From: Dermatophilaceae bacterium
GTDB lineage: Bacteria; Actinomycetota; Actinomycetes; Actinomycetales; Dermatophilaceae
Reading direction: 5' to 3'
Length of the DNA: 48,812 nt
Assembly: GCA_036771895.1 (NCBI GenBank)
Contig: DAIPGK010000001.1
Coordinates: 1 to 48,812 of the forward strand
The position numbers and the translations under genes were made by a program. This document shows positions 35,520-44,727 of this stretch, in pieces; the stretch's first letter is position 1; the number at the start of each line of letters is the position of its first letter. The notes below the pieces were generated by a model. The model was not told the origin of the DNA and ran no database searches. It saw only the letters and a list, made by a program, of their open reading frames with translations.

Positions 35520-36856
35520 GGTCGTTCTCCTCTCACCAGGGTCACGGGATTGATGGCGGCCAGCCGGTGGCTGCCGTCCGGAAGGGCGCTCAGGCGGGAT
35601 GCCTGTAGCTGCACGCCGTTGACGTCGAACCCGTTGTCGCGCAACAGCTGCATCACCGGGCCGACGCGTTCGACCGCGGCCAGCGCCACCACGACGCGAC
35701 GAGGTGAGGGCAGGGTGACCACGCCCCTGACCGCCTCGAGTCCTCCGCCACCGACGAACACCGCATCGGGGGGACGCAGCCCCTGCAACGCGTCCGGCGC
35801 GGCACCGACGACGACCTCGACCCGGATACCGTGCGCAATGCTGTTGCGGCGCAGTCGGTTGCACTGCTCGGCGTCGCGCTCCACCGCGATGACATCGGCG
35901 CCGAAACGGGCGCACTCGATGGCCACCGAGCCGCTGCCGGCGCCGACGTCCCACAGCGTCCTGCCCACCCGGGGAGCAAGGTGCGCTAGTGCCACGGCAC
36001 GAACCTCGGACTTGGTGACCATGGACTCGCGGTGCTCGAAGGCGTTCTCTGGCAGAGCCCAGCCGTCCGGCACCGGGTCGTGACCGGTACGCCAGCGTTT
36101 CTGGTCTGCGGCCGGGTCTAGCCCCGGGTCTAGCCCCGGGTCTAGCCCCGGGTCGATGGTCAGGACGACGTTCGGCTCGGCATACGGCGGCATGCACTCA
36201 TCGCCATACCGCACCCGCTCGTCGGGCTCACCGAGCCGCTCGGCCACCCACACGTCGCGGCCGGCAGCACGCAGCGCCTCGACGAAGTCTTCCGCCGGTG
36301 CGTCTGGTCCGGTGAGCACTGCCACCTTCGCCAGAGCGCGGGCAGCAGCGAGAGCCGGGCCGGCCGCGCGACCGTGGGCCGAGACGACGGTCGCGTCCTC
36401 CCATGCGTGGCCGATGCGACCGAACGCCTCCGCCACCGACGACGCGCCGGGCCACGAGCGCACGCTGACACCCGCGCTGCGAAGGCTACGTACGACCCCG
36501 AAGAACCCCGGGTCACCGCTGGCCAGGACGACGCAGGCCTCGCCACGACCGGCGGCCTGCACGACGCGCTGCACCGCGTCGGCCCAGCGCACGGCGCCCG
36601 CTCCGACCTCGACGCGCTCGCCGTCGCCCACGCCGTGGACCGCCGCCAGGTGGCGCCGGCCACCGACGACCAGCACCGCTGAGCGCACAGCCGCGCGCGC
36701 GGCGGCGCTCAGCGGGCGGCCGTCATAACCGACGACGACAACAGTCATCGGCTGGGCCATGCTCACGGGCTGGGTCACGCTCACGGGCTGGGCCACGCTC
36801 ACGGGCTGGGTCGCGCTCACGGGCTGGGCCATCCTCACGGGCTGGGTCGCGCTCAC
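35516..36856 (-). CDS. cobL: precorrin-6Y C5,15-methyltransferase (decarboxylating), CbiE+CbiT fusion
   Basis: The canonical N-terminus MTVVVVGYDG starts at ATG 36748. GTG 36856 would add a 36-aa hexapeptide-repeat extension and restore a GTGA overlap with cbiD. C-terminal SAM motif DVGAGSGS. Confidence 0.85.
   Translation of the reverse strand: MSATQPVRMAQPVSATQPVSVAQPVSVTQPVSMAQPMTVVVVGYDGRPLSAAARAAVRSAVLVVGGRRHLAAVHGVGDGERVEVGAGAVRWADAVQRVVQAAGRGEACVVLASGDPGFFGVVRSLRSAGVSVRSWPGASSVAEAFGRIGHAWEDATVVSAHGRAAGPALAAARALAKVAVLTGPDAPAEDFVEALRAAGRDVWVAERLGEPDERVRYGDECMPPYAEPNVVLTIDPGLDPGLDPGLDPAADQKRWRTGHDPVPDGWALPENAFEHRESMVTKSEVRAVALAHLAPRVGRTLWDVGAGSGSVAIECARFGADVIAVERDAEQCNRLRRNSIAHGIRVEVVVGAAPDALQGLRPPDAVFVGGGGLEAVRGVVTLPSPRRVVVALAAVERVGPVMQLLRDNGFDVNGVQLQASRLSALPDGSHRLAAINPVTLVRGERP
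36112..36159. repeat. 12-bp tandem repeat, 4 copies (CCGGGTCTAGCC)
   Basis: Encodes DPGL x3-4 in the CbiE-CbiT linker of CobL. Confidence 0.9.
36749..36856. repeat. 18-bp tandem repeat, 6 copies; each unit starts GTGAG on the coding strand
   Basis: Units at 36749, 36767, 36785, 36803, 36821 and 36839. Exactly fills the interval between the cobL ATG (36748) and the cbiD stop (36853-36855). Confidence 0.95.
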
Positions 36857-38058
36857 GCCGCCCACCCGCTGCGGGTCGCCGCGACGCATCGCTGCCCGGC
36901 GAAGTCGACCATGGCCACGTCCACCGCGACCTGGCCGGCGGTGAACCGTTCGAGCACCTCCTGGACGCGACGACACAGCTCGTCCCCAGCTTCGGCCAGT
37001 ACTCCGGCCTGTTCCCACAGCTCGTAGGCGTGCCGTCCGGTGTTCGCGGCGTCGACCGCGGCAGCCAGCGCCTGCACGTCGGGCAGGTGAGCGGCGCCGA
37101 CCCGGGTCACGTCACCGAGCTGGCCGATGTCGACCCGGCTGCGGGTGTAGTGGGTCATCAGCACGCCGGAGGCCAGCTTGGTGAGCTTGCCGGCCATGCC
37201 GACGAAGACGCAGTGCCCGACGCCGACCTCGACGGCGGTGCGCAGCGCGTGACCGGTGAAGTCACCGACCTCGACGAAGCAGACCTCGGGCAGGTCGGGC
37301 AGCAGCCCCGTAGCGGCCTTCTCGGTGCGTGCGCCAGTGCACAGTACGACGGTGTCCTCCCCTTGCGCACCCATGACGCGCACGGCCTGCTCGACACTGG
37401 CTCGCCAGCTCGCCGTCGAGAACGGCCGCACGATCCCGGTGGTGCCCAGGATGGAGATGCCGCCGACGATCCCGAGCCGGGCGTTGGTCGTACGGCGAGC
37501 CATCCGCTCGCCTTCGGGGACGCTGATGACCACCACGACTCCGGTCTGCGTCGGGTCGATGACCTCGCTGACCGCAGCCGTGATCATCGCCCGCGGCACG
37601 GAGTTGATCGCCGGCCCTCCGACGTCCAGACCCAGGCCGGCCTTGGTCACGGTGCCGACGCCCGCGCCGCCCCTCAGGTCGAAACCGGGCTCGGGCGCCC
37701 ACCCGACTGTCGCCGTGAGGTGGGCCTTGTCGGTGACGTCGGGGTCGTCGCCGGCGTCCTTGACCACGACAGCCTCGGCGCGGCCGTCGGCCAGCAGCTC
37801 GCAGCCCTCGACGGCGAAGGACACGCGATTGCCGCTGGGCAGGGCGACATCGACATCGCGCACCGGCTCGCCGGTGACCAGGCACAGTGCCGCGGCGCGC
37901 GCTGCCGCGCTGGCGCAGGTGCCCGTCGTCCACCCGGTCCGCAAGGCTTTGGTGCGCACCTTGGCCGTGCGCGGCAGGTCCGGCTCGGCGAGGTCGGGGG
38001 CGTCGTAGGTGCCTCCCTGGCGAGGTCCGGTCGGGGGATCCGGCGGCCGCTCGCTCAC
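36853..38058 (-). CDS. cbiD: cobalt-precorrin-5B (C1)-methyltransferase
   Basis: LRTGWTTGTCASAAARAA signature. GTG 38058 overlaps the cobM stop (GTGA). Confidence 0.9.
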   Translation of the reverse strand: MSERPPDPPTGPRQGGTYDAPDLAEPDLPRTAKVRTKALRTGWTTGTCASAAARAAALCLVTGEPVRDVDVALPSGNRVSFAVEGCELLADGRAEAVVVKDAGDDPDVTDKAHLTATVGWAPEPGFDLRGGAGVGTVTKAGLGLDVGGPAINSVPRAMITAAVSEVIDPTQTGVVVVISVPEGERMARRTTNARLGIVGGISILGTTGIVRPFSTASWRASVEQAVRVMGAQGEDTVVLCTGARTEKAATGLLPDLPEVCFVEVGDFTGHALRTAVEVGVGHCVFVGMAGKLTKLASGVLMTHYTRSRVDIGQLGDVTRVGAAHLPDVQALAAAVDAANTGRHAYELWEQAGVLAEAGDELCRRVQEVLERFTAGQVAVDVAMVDFAGQRCVAATRSGWAA

Positions 38059-38951
38059 CGCGGCGAACCGTTCAGCTCTGGCGCACTGTTCAGCTCAGTC
38101 CCATTCTTGATCTCCGGGGACCCCTGTATTCCCGATGCACTCCTGAGCACCCGGCGTGCGCCCCGCTCGGCCCGGCGGTGCCCGTGGAAGTGCCCGGGGT
38201 GATACAGGTGCGATCGCTTGCCCTCACCGGCAAGAGCCGGGCCGACCAGCACCAGCGTGTGCTTCCACAGCTTGTGCTCTTTGCAGGTTGCCTCCAGGTC
38301 GGCGAGGCGGCAGCGCACCACCAGCTCGTCGGGCCACGTGACGGCATACGCGACGACGCACGGGGTGTCCTCGTCGTAACCACCGGCGAGCAGCTCCTGG
38401 GTCAGCTGCCCGGAGCGCGCTGCGGACAGGAACAGCGCCATGGTGGTGCCGTGACGGGCGAACTCGCGCACGCTCTCGCCATCCGGCATCGGTGTCTTGC
38501 CACCCTCGAGCCGGGTCAGCACGACGGACTGCGCCACCTCGGGAACGGTCAGCTCGCGTTCGATCAAAGCCGCGACGGCGCTGAACGCCGAGACCCCGGG
38601 GATGGTCTCGTACGCCAGCCCCAGCTCGTCGCACAGCTCGCGCTGCTCCTGGACGGCGCCCCAGAGCGCGGGGTCGCCGGAGTGGATGCGCGCGACCACC
38701 AGGCCCTCGCGAGCAGCCCGCTCGTAGAGCGGACGGACCCCTTCCAGCGGCAGCAGTGCGGAGTCGACCACCTCGGCGTCGGACCGGGCGTGCTGGAGCA
38801 CGTCCTCGTGGACCAGGCTGGCCGCCCAGACGACGATGTCCGCGGCCTCGATCGCGCGGACCGCGCGCAGGGTGAGCAGGTCGGCGGCGCCGGGGCCGGC
38901 GCCGACGAACCAGACCTTGGCGTGCTCGTGTGCTTGCTGCTGCGTGCTCAC
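38055..38951 (-). CDS. cobM: precorrin-4 / cobalt-precorrin-4 C11-methyltransferase
   Basis: VWFVGAGPGAADLLTLRA and HSGDPALWGA motifs. About 45-aa non-canonical C-terminal extension. Confidence 0.9.
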   Translation of the reverse strand: MSTQQQAHEHAKVWFVGAGPGAADLLTLRAVRAIEAADIVVWAASLVHEDVLQHARSDAEVVDSALLPLEGVRPLYERAAREGLVVARIHSGDPALWGAVQEQRELCDELGLAYETIPGVSAFSAVAALIERELTVPEVAQSVVLTRLEGGKTPMPDGESVREFARHGTTMALFLSAARSGQLTQELLAGGYDEDTPCVVAYAVTWPDELVVRCRLADLEATCKEHKLWKHTLVLVGPALAGEGKRSHLYHPGHFHGHRRAERGARRVLRSASGIQGSPEIKNGTELNSAPELNGSPR

Positions 38952-39679
38952 AGCCGGCCTCCTCGGGTGCGGGCCCCGGGCGGGGCCAGGACTGTGGACA
39001 GGTAAGGCAGTTCGGCGTCGACGGCGGAGGCGGGCAGCACGCTCTGCTCGGGCAGACCCAGTGCGGACCCGATGACTGCCGCGTCGAGCCGCTGTTCGTT
39101 GCGCAGCACCTCGACCACCCGGGGGAGGTGCCGACCACCCTTGTACGCGACGACCGTGTCGCTGCGCCGCAAGGCTTCGCGGTAACCCTGCAAGCCAGCT
39201 GTGATCGGGTACAGGGTCAACGTCTCCTCGCCCTCCACCAGCGGCACCCCGGACTCGGCCGCGAGGTGCTGCATCGCGGTGATACCGGGAACCGTGGTGA
39301 CCTCGACGTCGGGCACGAGGCGGCCGACCGTGGCGGCGAGGTAGGAGAACGTGGAGTACACGTTCGGGTCGCCGATGGTGGCGAACGCCACCGTGGTGGC
39401 CAGACCGGCGAACGCCTCGGCGACCACCTGCCCCGCGGCGTCCCAGGCGGCCTCGCGCCGGGCGCGGTCCTCACGTTCGTTGAGGGCGAACGTCAGGCGT
39501 CGAAGCCGGTCGTGGTCGACGTGGGCCCGTACCGTCGCCTCGGCGCGACCGACCGCGTTGAGATCCATCGTGGGGAGCAGGACGAGGTCGGCGGACTGCA
39601 GCACCCTGATCGCCTTGACCGTGATGAGGTCGGGATCACCGGGACCGACGCCGACCCCCACCAGCCGGTGCGTGCTCAT
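38948..39679 (-). CDS. cobI: precorrin-2 / cobalt-factor-II C20-methyltransferase
   Basis: LVGVGVGPGDPDLITVKA and TIGDPNVYSTF motifs. Confidence 0.9.
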   Translation of the reverse strand: MSTHRLVGVGVGPGDPDLITVKAIRVLQSADLVLLPTMDLNAVGRAEATVRAHVDHDRLRRLTFALNEREDRARREAAWDAAGQVVAEAFAGLATTVAFATIGDPNVYSTFSYLAATVGRLVPDVEVTTVPGITAMQHLAAESGVPLVEGEETLTLYPITAGLQGYREALRRSDTVVAYKGGRHLPRVVEVLRNEQRLDAAVIGSALGLPEQSVLPASAVDAELPYLSTVLAPPGARTRGGRL

Positions 39680-41076
39680 TGGTGGACCATCCCCTGATGA
39701 CTAGCGCTCGCAGTGGCGTGTCGGGCCAGCCGCTGCGCGATGGCCGGGTGACCGGCCCAGTGCACATGCAGGTACGACGCGTGGACGCCGTCGCGCACGA
39801 ACCCCTCGGGGGGCTGCGGCCTCCCGTCGACCGTCCAGCCCCACGCCGGGTCGCCGGCCCGCGGGTCCAGGCTCGTGCGGTGGAACTCGTGACCGGTGAC
39901 CCGTTCGCCGACCTCGGCCATGACGGAGCGGGTGAGCGCGACTGCGGTCCGGTATCCCAGCGTCAGCTGTGGAGTCATCCGGGCCGATGCGGGCAGCACG
40001 CCACACATCGGGTGGCCGTCGAGCTCCTGGGCCAGGTAGAGCAGCCCGGCGCACTCGGCCAGCACGGTGCCGCCGCCCAGGGCCAGAGCGGCGACGTCCT
40101 TGCGCAGCGAGGCGTTTTCGGACAGTGCCGCTGCGTGGACCTCGGGGAAACCGCCGCCGATCACCAGCGCCGACGTGCCCGGTGGGAGAGCCTCGTCATG
40201 CAGCGGGTCGACCGTGGCGACGTCGCAGCCGGCGGCATCGAGCAGCTCGGCGGTCTCGGTGTAGGAGAACGTGAACGCGGCACCGCCGGCCAGCGCCACC
40301 ACCGGGCGCGGGGCGTCGAGTGGCAAAGCCTGCACCTGCCCGGTCGGCGTCCAGGCCGGCCCGGACAGCGAGGGCGCGCCGTGCGCCAACCTCAGGACGG
40401 CTTCGATGTCCACCGATCCGGCGACCAGCGCGGTCAGCCGGTCGACCACCTCCACGGCGGCGTGGTCGCGCTCGGCGGCCGGCACCAGCCCGAGGTGCCG
40501 GCTCGGCACGGTGACGGCGTCGTCCCGGCGCACCACGCCGAGCACCGGAACCCCGGTCGAGCCCAGCGCCGACCGGACCTCCGCCTCGTGGCGGTCCGAG
40601 CCAACCTTGTTGAGCACGACACCCGCGAGACGGACCCGGTCGTCATACGTCGAGAACCCGTGTACCAGCGCGGCCAGGCTGCGGCCGGAGGCCGAGGCGT
40701 CGACCACGAGCAGCACCGGCGCGCGCAGCAGGGCGGCGACGTGCGCGGTGGAGGCGAAGCCGTCCTGGCCCACCGCGCCGTCAAACAGGCCCATGACGCC
40801 CTCGACGACCGCGACGTCGGCTGGCGCAGGGGTCAGCGCGCCGTGCAGGAACAGCGGTACGACGCGGTGCTCACCCTGCAGGTAGGGGTCGAGGTTGCGG
40901 CCCGGGCGACCGGTTGCCAGTGCGTGGTAGCCAGGGTCGATGTAGTCGGGCCCCACCTTGTGACCGCTGACGACCAGTCCCCGGGCACGCAGCGCGCCCA
41001 TCAGGCCGGTGGCGATGCTCGTCTTGCCATGGCCGGACGCCGGCGCGGCGACGACGACACGCGCGATGTTCACCAC
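39676..41076 (-). CDS. cobB: cobyrinate a,c-diamide synthase
   Basis: APASGHGKTSIATGLM P-loop, VGPDYIDP, and a C-terminal glutamine amidotransferase (ECAGLLYL). A second GTG at 41073 gives a GTGA overlap with cobO. Confidence 0.9.
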   Translation of the reverse strand: MVNIARVVVAAPASGHGKTSIATGLMGALRARGLVVSGHKVGPDYIDPGYHALATGRPGRNLDPYLQGEHRVVPLFLHGALTPAPADVAVVEGVMGLFDGAVGQDGFASTAHVAALLRAPVLLVVDASASGRSLAALVHGFSTYDDRVRLAGVVLNKVGSDRHEAEVRSALGSTGVPVLGVVRRDDAVTVPSRHLGLVPAAERDHAAVEVVDRLTALVAGSVDIEAVLRLAHGAPSLSGPAWTPTGQVQALPLDAPRPVVALAGGAAFTFSYTETAELLDAAGCDVATVDPLHDEALPPGTSALVIGGGFPEVHAAALSENASLRKDVAALALGGGTVLAECAGLLYLAQELDGHPMCGVLPASARMTPQLTLGYRTAVALTRSVMAEVGERVTGHEFHRTSLDPRAGDPAWGWTVDGRPQPPEGFVRDGVHASYLHVHWAGHPAIAQRLARHATASASHQGMVHQ

Positions 41077-41684
41077 TCGATCCCTCGCTGGCCCTTCTGC
41101 CCGGCGTCCATGGGGTGCTTGACCTTGGTCATCTCGGTAACCAGGTCCGCGGCCTCGACCAGCCGCGGGTCGGCGTCGCGGCCGGTGATGACGACATGCT
41201 GGTGTCCCGGACGCTCACGCAGGGTGGTGACCACCTCGTCGACGTCCACCCACCCCCACTTCATCGGGTACGTGAACTCGTCGAGCACATAGAGACCGTG
41301 GCGCTCGGCCGCCAGGCGGCGCTGGATCTCGCGCCAGCCCTCGAGGGCGTCGGCGGCGTGGTCCTCCTCGGTGCCCCCCTTGCGGGCCCACGACCAGCCC
41401 TCGCCCATCTTGTGCCACTCGACCGGGCCACCCTCGCCGGTCTGCTCGTGCAGATGGCCGAGCGCGCGGAAGGCGGTCTCCTCGCCGACCTTCCACTTGG
41501 CGCTCTTGACGAACTGGAAGACGCCGATGTCCCACCCCTGCGTCCAGCCCCGCAGCGCCAGCCCGAAGGCCGCCGTGGACTTGCCCTTCATGGTGCCGGT
41601 GTGGACCACCAGCAGCGGTCGGTTGCGGCGCTGGCGTGTGGTCATGCCATCGTCAGGGACGTGCTCGGGCTGGCCCTGGGGCAT
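41070..41684 (-). CDS. cobO: cob(I)yrinic acid a,c-diamide adenosyltransferase
   Basis: VHTGTMKGKSTAAFGLALR P-loop and LDEFTYPMKWGW motif. Confidence 0.9.
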   Translation of the reverse strand: MPQGQPEHVPDDGMTTRQRRNRPLLVVHTGTMKGKSTAAFGLALRGWTQGWDIGVFQFVKSAKWKVGEETAFRALGHLHEQTGEGGPVEWHKMGEGWSWARKGGTEEDHAADALEGWREIQRRLAAERHGLYVLDEFTYPMKWGWVDVDEVVTTLRERPGHQHVVITGRDADPRLVEAADLVTEMTKVKHPMDAGQKGQRGIEW

Positions 41685-43939
41685 CAGGCGACCTTTCCTC
41701 TGGGTGCGGTGGTGCCTCTGGGTGCGGTGGTGCCTCTGGGTGCGGTGGTGCCTCTGGGTGCGGTGGTGCCTCTGGGTGCGGTGATGCGGCTGCCTACGGC
41801 CTGGCTGAGCGAGGTGGCGGCGACCTCACCGAGGTCGAGGTGCTCGGCGCCGAGTGCGTCCGCCAGCTGCCGGCCCAGACCGAGACGCACCGTACCTGGT
41901 CCGCGAGCCTCGCAGTCGACCACCACGCTGCTGACGCCGGTGCGGGCGAGGGAGGACGCCGCGCTCTGGGCGCGGCCGACGGCGTCGGGGCCGTTGGTGG
42001 CGCGACCGTCGGTGATGACCACGAGCAGCGGACGGCGGGTGGGGTCCTTCAGCGCCTCGACGCGCAGCACCTCACCGGCCGCGAGCAGCCCCTCGGCCAG
42101 CGGGGTGCGCCCGCCGGCCTGCAGGTGCCGCAACCGGGTGGCGGCCGCCTCGACGCTGGAGGTGGGAGGCAGTGCCACCGTCGCCTCCCGGCCGCGGAAC
42201 GTCACCAGTCCCACCTTGTCGCGGCGCTGGTAGGCGTCGAGCAGCAGCGAGAGCACGGCGGTCTTCACCTCGCGCAGTCGCTGGCGCGCGGCCATGGACC
42301 CCGACGCGTCGACCACGAACAGGACGAGGTTGCCCTCGCGACCCTCACGAACGGGCAGGCGCACGTCGGAGGCCAGGACACGCAGCCCGGCGCCGCGTCG
42401 TCCGCGGGTCCTCTGGTGGGGTGCGGCAGCCGTCAGTGTCGCCAGCAGGTGTGGGCGACCACGCTCGCCGACCGCGGGACGGCGGGCACCGATCGTGTGG
42501 CCGGTGCTCGTCAGCGCGCGAGATCGCCGCCCGGCGACCCCCGCCCACTGCCCCCGGGCGGTGAGCAGCCGAGCGCGGTATGGCTCGCTCGGCTCGGCAC
42601 CTTCGAGCTTCCGGGGCGCCACGCCGGCACCGCGGTCGGGTCTGTCGCTGTCGCCGTCGGGTCTGTCGGTGTCGCCGTCGGGTTTGTCGCTGTCAGCATT
42701 GCCGCCGTGCGCTTTGCCGCTCTGAGGTTCGCGGCTGTGAGGTTCGCGGCTGTGAGGTTCGCCGCTGTGAGGTTCGCTCCCGTCGGGTGGGCCGCCGTCG
42801 GTTGCGTCACCGGCGGAGACGTGAGTGTCGTCCGGGGGTGCGGGGCTGTCGGCGGGTGGGCTGTCGTCGGGCAGGGCGGGGTCGTCGGGCGGTTCGGGGT
42901 CGTCGGGCGGTGCGGCGGCGTCCAACGCCTGCTCTAGACGGTTCTCGTCCAGGCCGGGGGCGTCGAACGGGTCGCGACGGGCCCGGTGCGGCAGCGCCAG
43001 TCGCGCAGCGGCCCGCACGTCCTCGGTCTCGACGACCCGGCGGCCGTGCCACGCGGCGTGCGCGATCGCTGCGCGCGCGGTGACCAGGTCGGCCCGCATG
43101 CCGTCGACGCCGAAGGCGGCACACACCTCGGCCACCTGCCGCAGCGCACCGTCGGTGAGCACGACCTCGGGCAGCAGCGCCTGGGCCCGGGCGATCCGCT
43201 CGCCCAGCGCGGTCTCGTCGTCCGCCCAGCGCCCGGCGAAGGCCTCGGGGTCGGCCTCGAAAGACAGTCGGCGTTTGACCACGTTCACGCGGACGGCCGG
43301 GTCACGGCTGGCCGCCACCTCGACGGTCAGACCGAAGCGGTCGAGCAGCTGTGGCCGCAGCTCGCCCTCCTCGGGGTTCATCGTGCCGACGAGCACGAAG
43401 CGCGCTGCGTGCGAGGCCGAGACACCCTCTCGCTCGACGGTCGATCGTCCCATTGCGGCCGCGTCGAGCAGCACGTCGACCAGGTGGTCACCGAGCAGGT
43501 TGACTTCGTCGACATACAGCAGCCCTCGGTGAGCGGCGGCCAGCAGGCCGGGCTCGTAGGAGGTGATGCCCTCGGCGAGGGCCCGCTCCAGGTGCAGCGA
43601 GCCAAGCACGCGGTCCTCGGTGGCGCCCACTGGCAGCTCGACCAACCGGGCGGCGCGGGTGGAGGCGGGGGTTCCGCTGTCATGCACGCCATCGGGGCAG
43701 CGTGGGTCCGGCACCGCCGGGTCGCACGAGAAGCGGCAGCCATCGATCACCGCGACATCGGGCAGCAGGGTCGCGAGCGCGCGCACCATGGTCGACTTGG
43801 CGGTGCCTTTCTCGCCGCGTACCAGCACCCCGCCGACGGCCGGTGACACCGCACACAGCTCGAGTGCCAGACGCAGGTCGTCGAGGCCGACGACCGCAGT
43901 GAACGGGTATCCCGCTGATGGTGAATCCGTGCGCCGCAT
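41684..43939 (-). CDS. ChlI/ChlD-type fused AAA+ / VWA chelatase subunit (putative cobaltochelatase component)
   Basis: N-terminal AAA+ ([19 protein letters not shown]), acidic Pro-rich repeat linker, C-terminal VWA domain ([12 protein letters not shown]). Same order with cobO-cobB as the Mycobacterium Rv2850c-cobO-cobB locus, recalled from memory. Confidence 0.85.
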   Translation of the reverse strand: MRRTDSPSAGYPFTAVVGLDDLRLALELCAVSPAVGGVLVRGEKGTAKSTMVRALATLLPDVAVIDGCRFSCDPAVPDPRCPDGVHDSGTPASTRAARLVELPVGATEDRVLGSLHLERALAEGITSYEPGLLAAAHRGLLYVDEVNLLGDHLVDVLLDAAAMGRSTVEREGVSASHAARFVLVGTMNPEEGELRPQLLDRFGLTVEVAASRDPAVRVNVVKRRLSFEADPEAFAGRWADDETALGERIARAQALLPEVVLTDGALRQVAEVCAAFGVDGMRADLVTARAAIAHAAWHGRRVVETEDVRAAARLALPHRARRDPFDAPGLDENRLEQALDAAAPPDDPEPPDDPALPDDSPPADSPAPPDDTHVSAGDATDGGPPDGSEPHSGEPHSREPHSREPQSGKAHGGNADSDKPDGDTDRPDGDSDRPDRGAGVAPRKLEGAEPSEPYRARLLTARGQWAGVAGRRSRALTSTGHTIGARRPAVGERGRPHLLATLTAAAPHQRTRGRRGAGLRVLASDVRLPVREGREGNLVLFVVDASGSMAARQRLREVKTAVLSLLLDAYQRRDKVGLVTFRGREATVALPPTSSVEAAATRLRHLQAGGRTPLAEGLLAAGEVLRVEALKDPTRRPLLVVITDGRATNGPDAVGRAQSAASSLARTGVSSVVVDCEARGPGTVRLGLGRQLADALGAEHLDLGEVAATSLSQAVGSRITAPRGTTAPRGTTAPRGTTAPRGTTAPRGKVA
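41697..41786. repeat. 18-bp tandem repeat, 5 copies (CCTCTGGGTGCGGTGGTG)
   Basis: Units at 41697, 41715, 41733, 41751 and 41769. Encodes TTAPRG x5 at the extreme C-terminus of the chelatase, 10 nt from its stop and the cobO start. Confidence 0.95.
42635..42779. repeat. 21-bp x3 (42635-42697) and 15-bp x4 (42720-42779) tandem repeats in the chelatase linker
   Basis: Encode GD(S/T)DRPD x3 and (S/G/R)EPHS x4. Further degenerate 18-bp PPDDP-type units at about 42863-42920. Confidence 0.9.
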
Positions 43940-44084
43940 GGGCGAACCCCTTGTCGTCCTACGGGTGTCCGCGCCCGTCGCCGGTCAGTGTCGAGCAAGG
44001 CGCCGGTCGACTGGGTCTACGGCGCTGAGCACGTGACGGCAGGGAATGTCCTGGCTCCCAAATCCCGGCGCCTGGTCGACGCCG

Positions 44085-44250
44085 ATCGCGACCCCCGGCC
44101 TTCCCGGCTCCCGTCCTGGGGGACGAGCGTCAGTGGCACACGAGGGAGGATCGCTCCTCGGTCACAGTGGCGGGACCGCCCCAGAATCCCGACCTGCCCT
44201 TTCGGGCTTGCCGGTCACCGGTGTTCCTCCGCTACCGTCGCGGCCGAGTA
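44085..44250 (-). promoter_or_regulatory. cobalamin (B12) riboswitch, with expression platform running on to the ATG at 43939
   Basis: Minus strand reads GGTAGCGGAGGAACACCGGTGACC...GGTCGGGATTCTGGGGCGGTCCCGCCACTGTGA...GTGCCACTG...GGGAAGGCCGGGGG, matching the conserved core blocks GGTG-GAA-TCC...CCCGCCACTGT and GCCACTG...GGGAAGGC. A TATACT -10-like hexamer lies at 44253-44248. Confidence 0.85.
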
Positions 44251-44304
44251 TATGGCACAGCCAGCCGCCCGGCGGTAGATCACCGGCGGGCTATTCTGAC
44301 CGGT

Positions 44305-44727
44305 ATGCGCCGGTACCCGTTCGTTCCGGCTTCAACGGCCGACTTGCAGACCGGCGACCTGTGGACCGTGCCCCTCAAGGGGGGCGACCTCGCCGTTCTG
44401 CAGGTGCGCGGGCTCAAGACGTCCGGAGCAGGCGCCTACACCCATCTTGTGGCGGCGGTTGTGGACTGGCGTTCGCCGAACCTGCCGGTGGGTTACGACC
44501 TGCGCGGTCGTCGTGTGCTGATAGAGGGAGTCGTCAGGTTCGAAGTCTTCGCCCCTGGGCGCGCGGAGGTGTTCGGCAACAGCGACCAGATCGTGCCGCC
44601 GTGCGCCTGGTCGGAGGTTACCCGCGAGTTTGATGCTGGCACCCGCTCCGAGGTCTGGGCGTGGAAGAGCATCCGTCGGCGAGCCGAACAAGCACTCACT
44701 GAGGCGAGCCGAACAAGCACTCACTGA
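44305..44727 (+). CDS. hypothetical protein (weak resemblance to polymorphic-toxin immunity proteins)
   Basis: ATG 44305 within ORF 44167..44727. The N-terminal pattern P..ADLQTGDLWTVPLKGGDLAVLQV resembles the G-D-v-f-x-i-P-L-x-d-G start of Imm26-like families. The last 16 codons lie in a 25-bp repeat. Confidence 0.5.
   Translation: MRRYPFVPASTADLQTGDLWTVPLKGGDLAVLQVRGLKTSGAGAYTHLVAAVVDWRSPNLPVGYDLRGRRVLIEGVVRFEVFAPGRAEVFGNSDQIVPPCAWSEVTREFDAGTRSEVWAWKSIRRRAEQALTEASRTSTH

Noticed and set aside
33807-37018. Long N-terminal extensions of ORFs 33807..36197 (796 aa) and 35516..37018 (500 aa); likewise 32444..33850 and 19117..21126
   Set aside because: The extensions are Arg/Pro/Gly-rich, overlap the preceding well-supported genes out of frame, and conserved N-termini begin at internal GTG/ATG codons that form 4-nt overlaps with the upstream stops.
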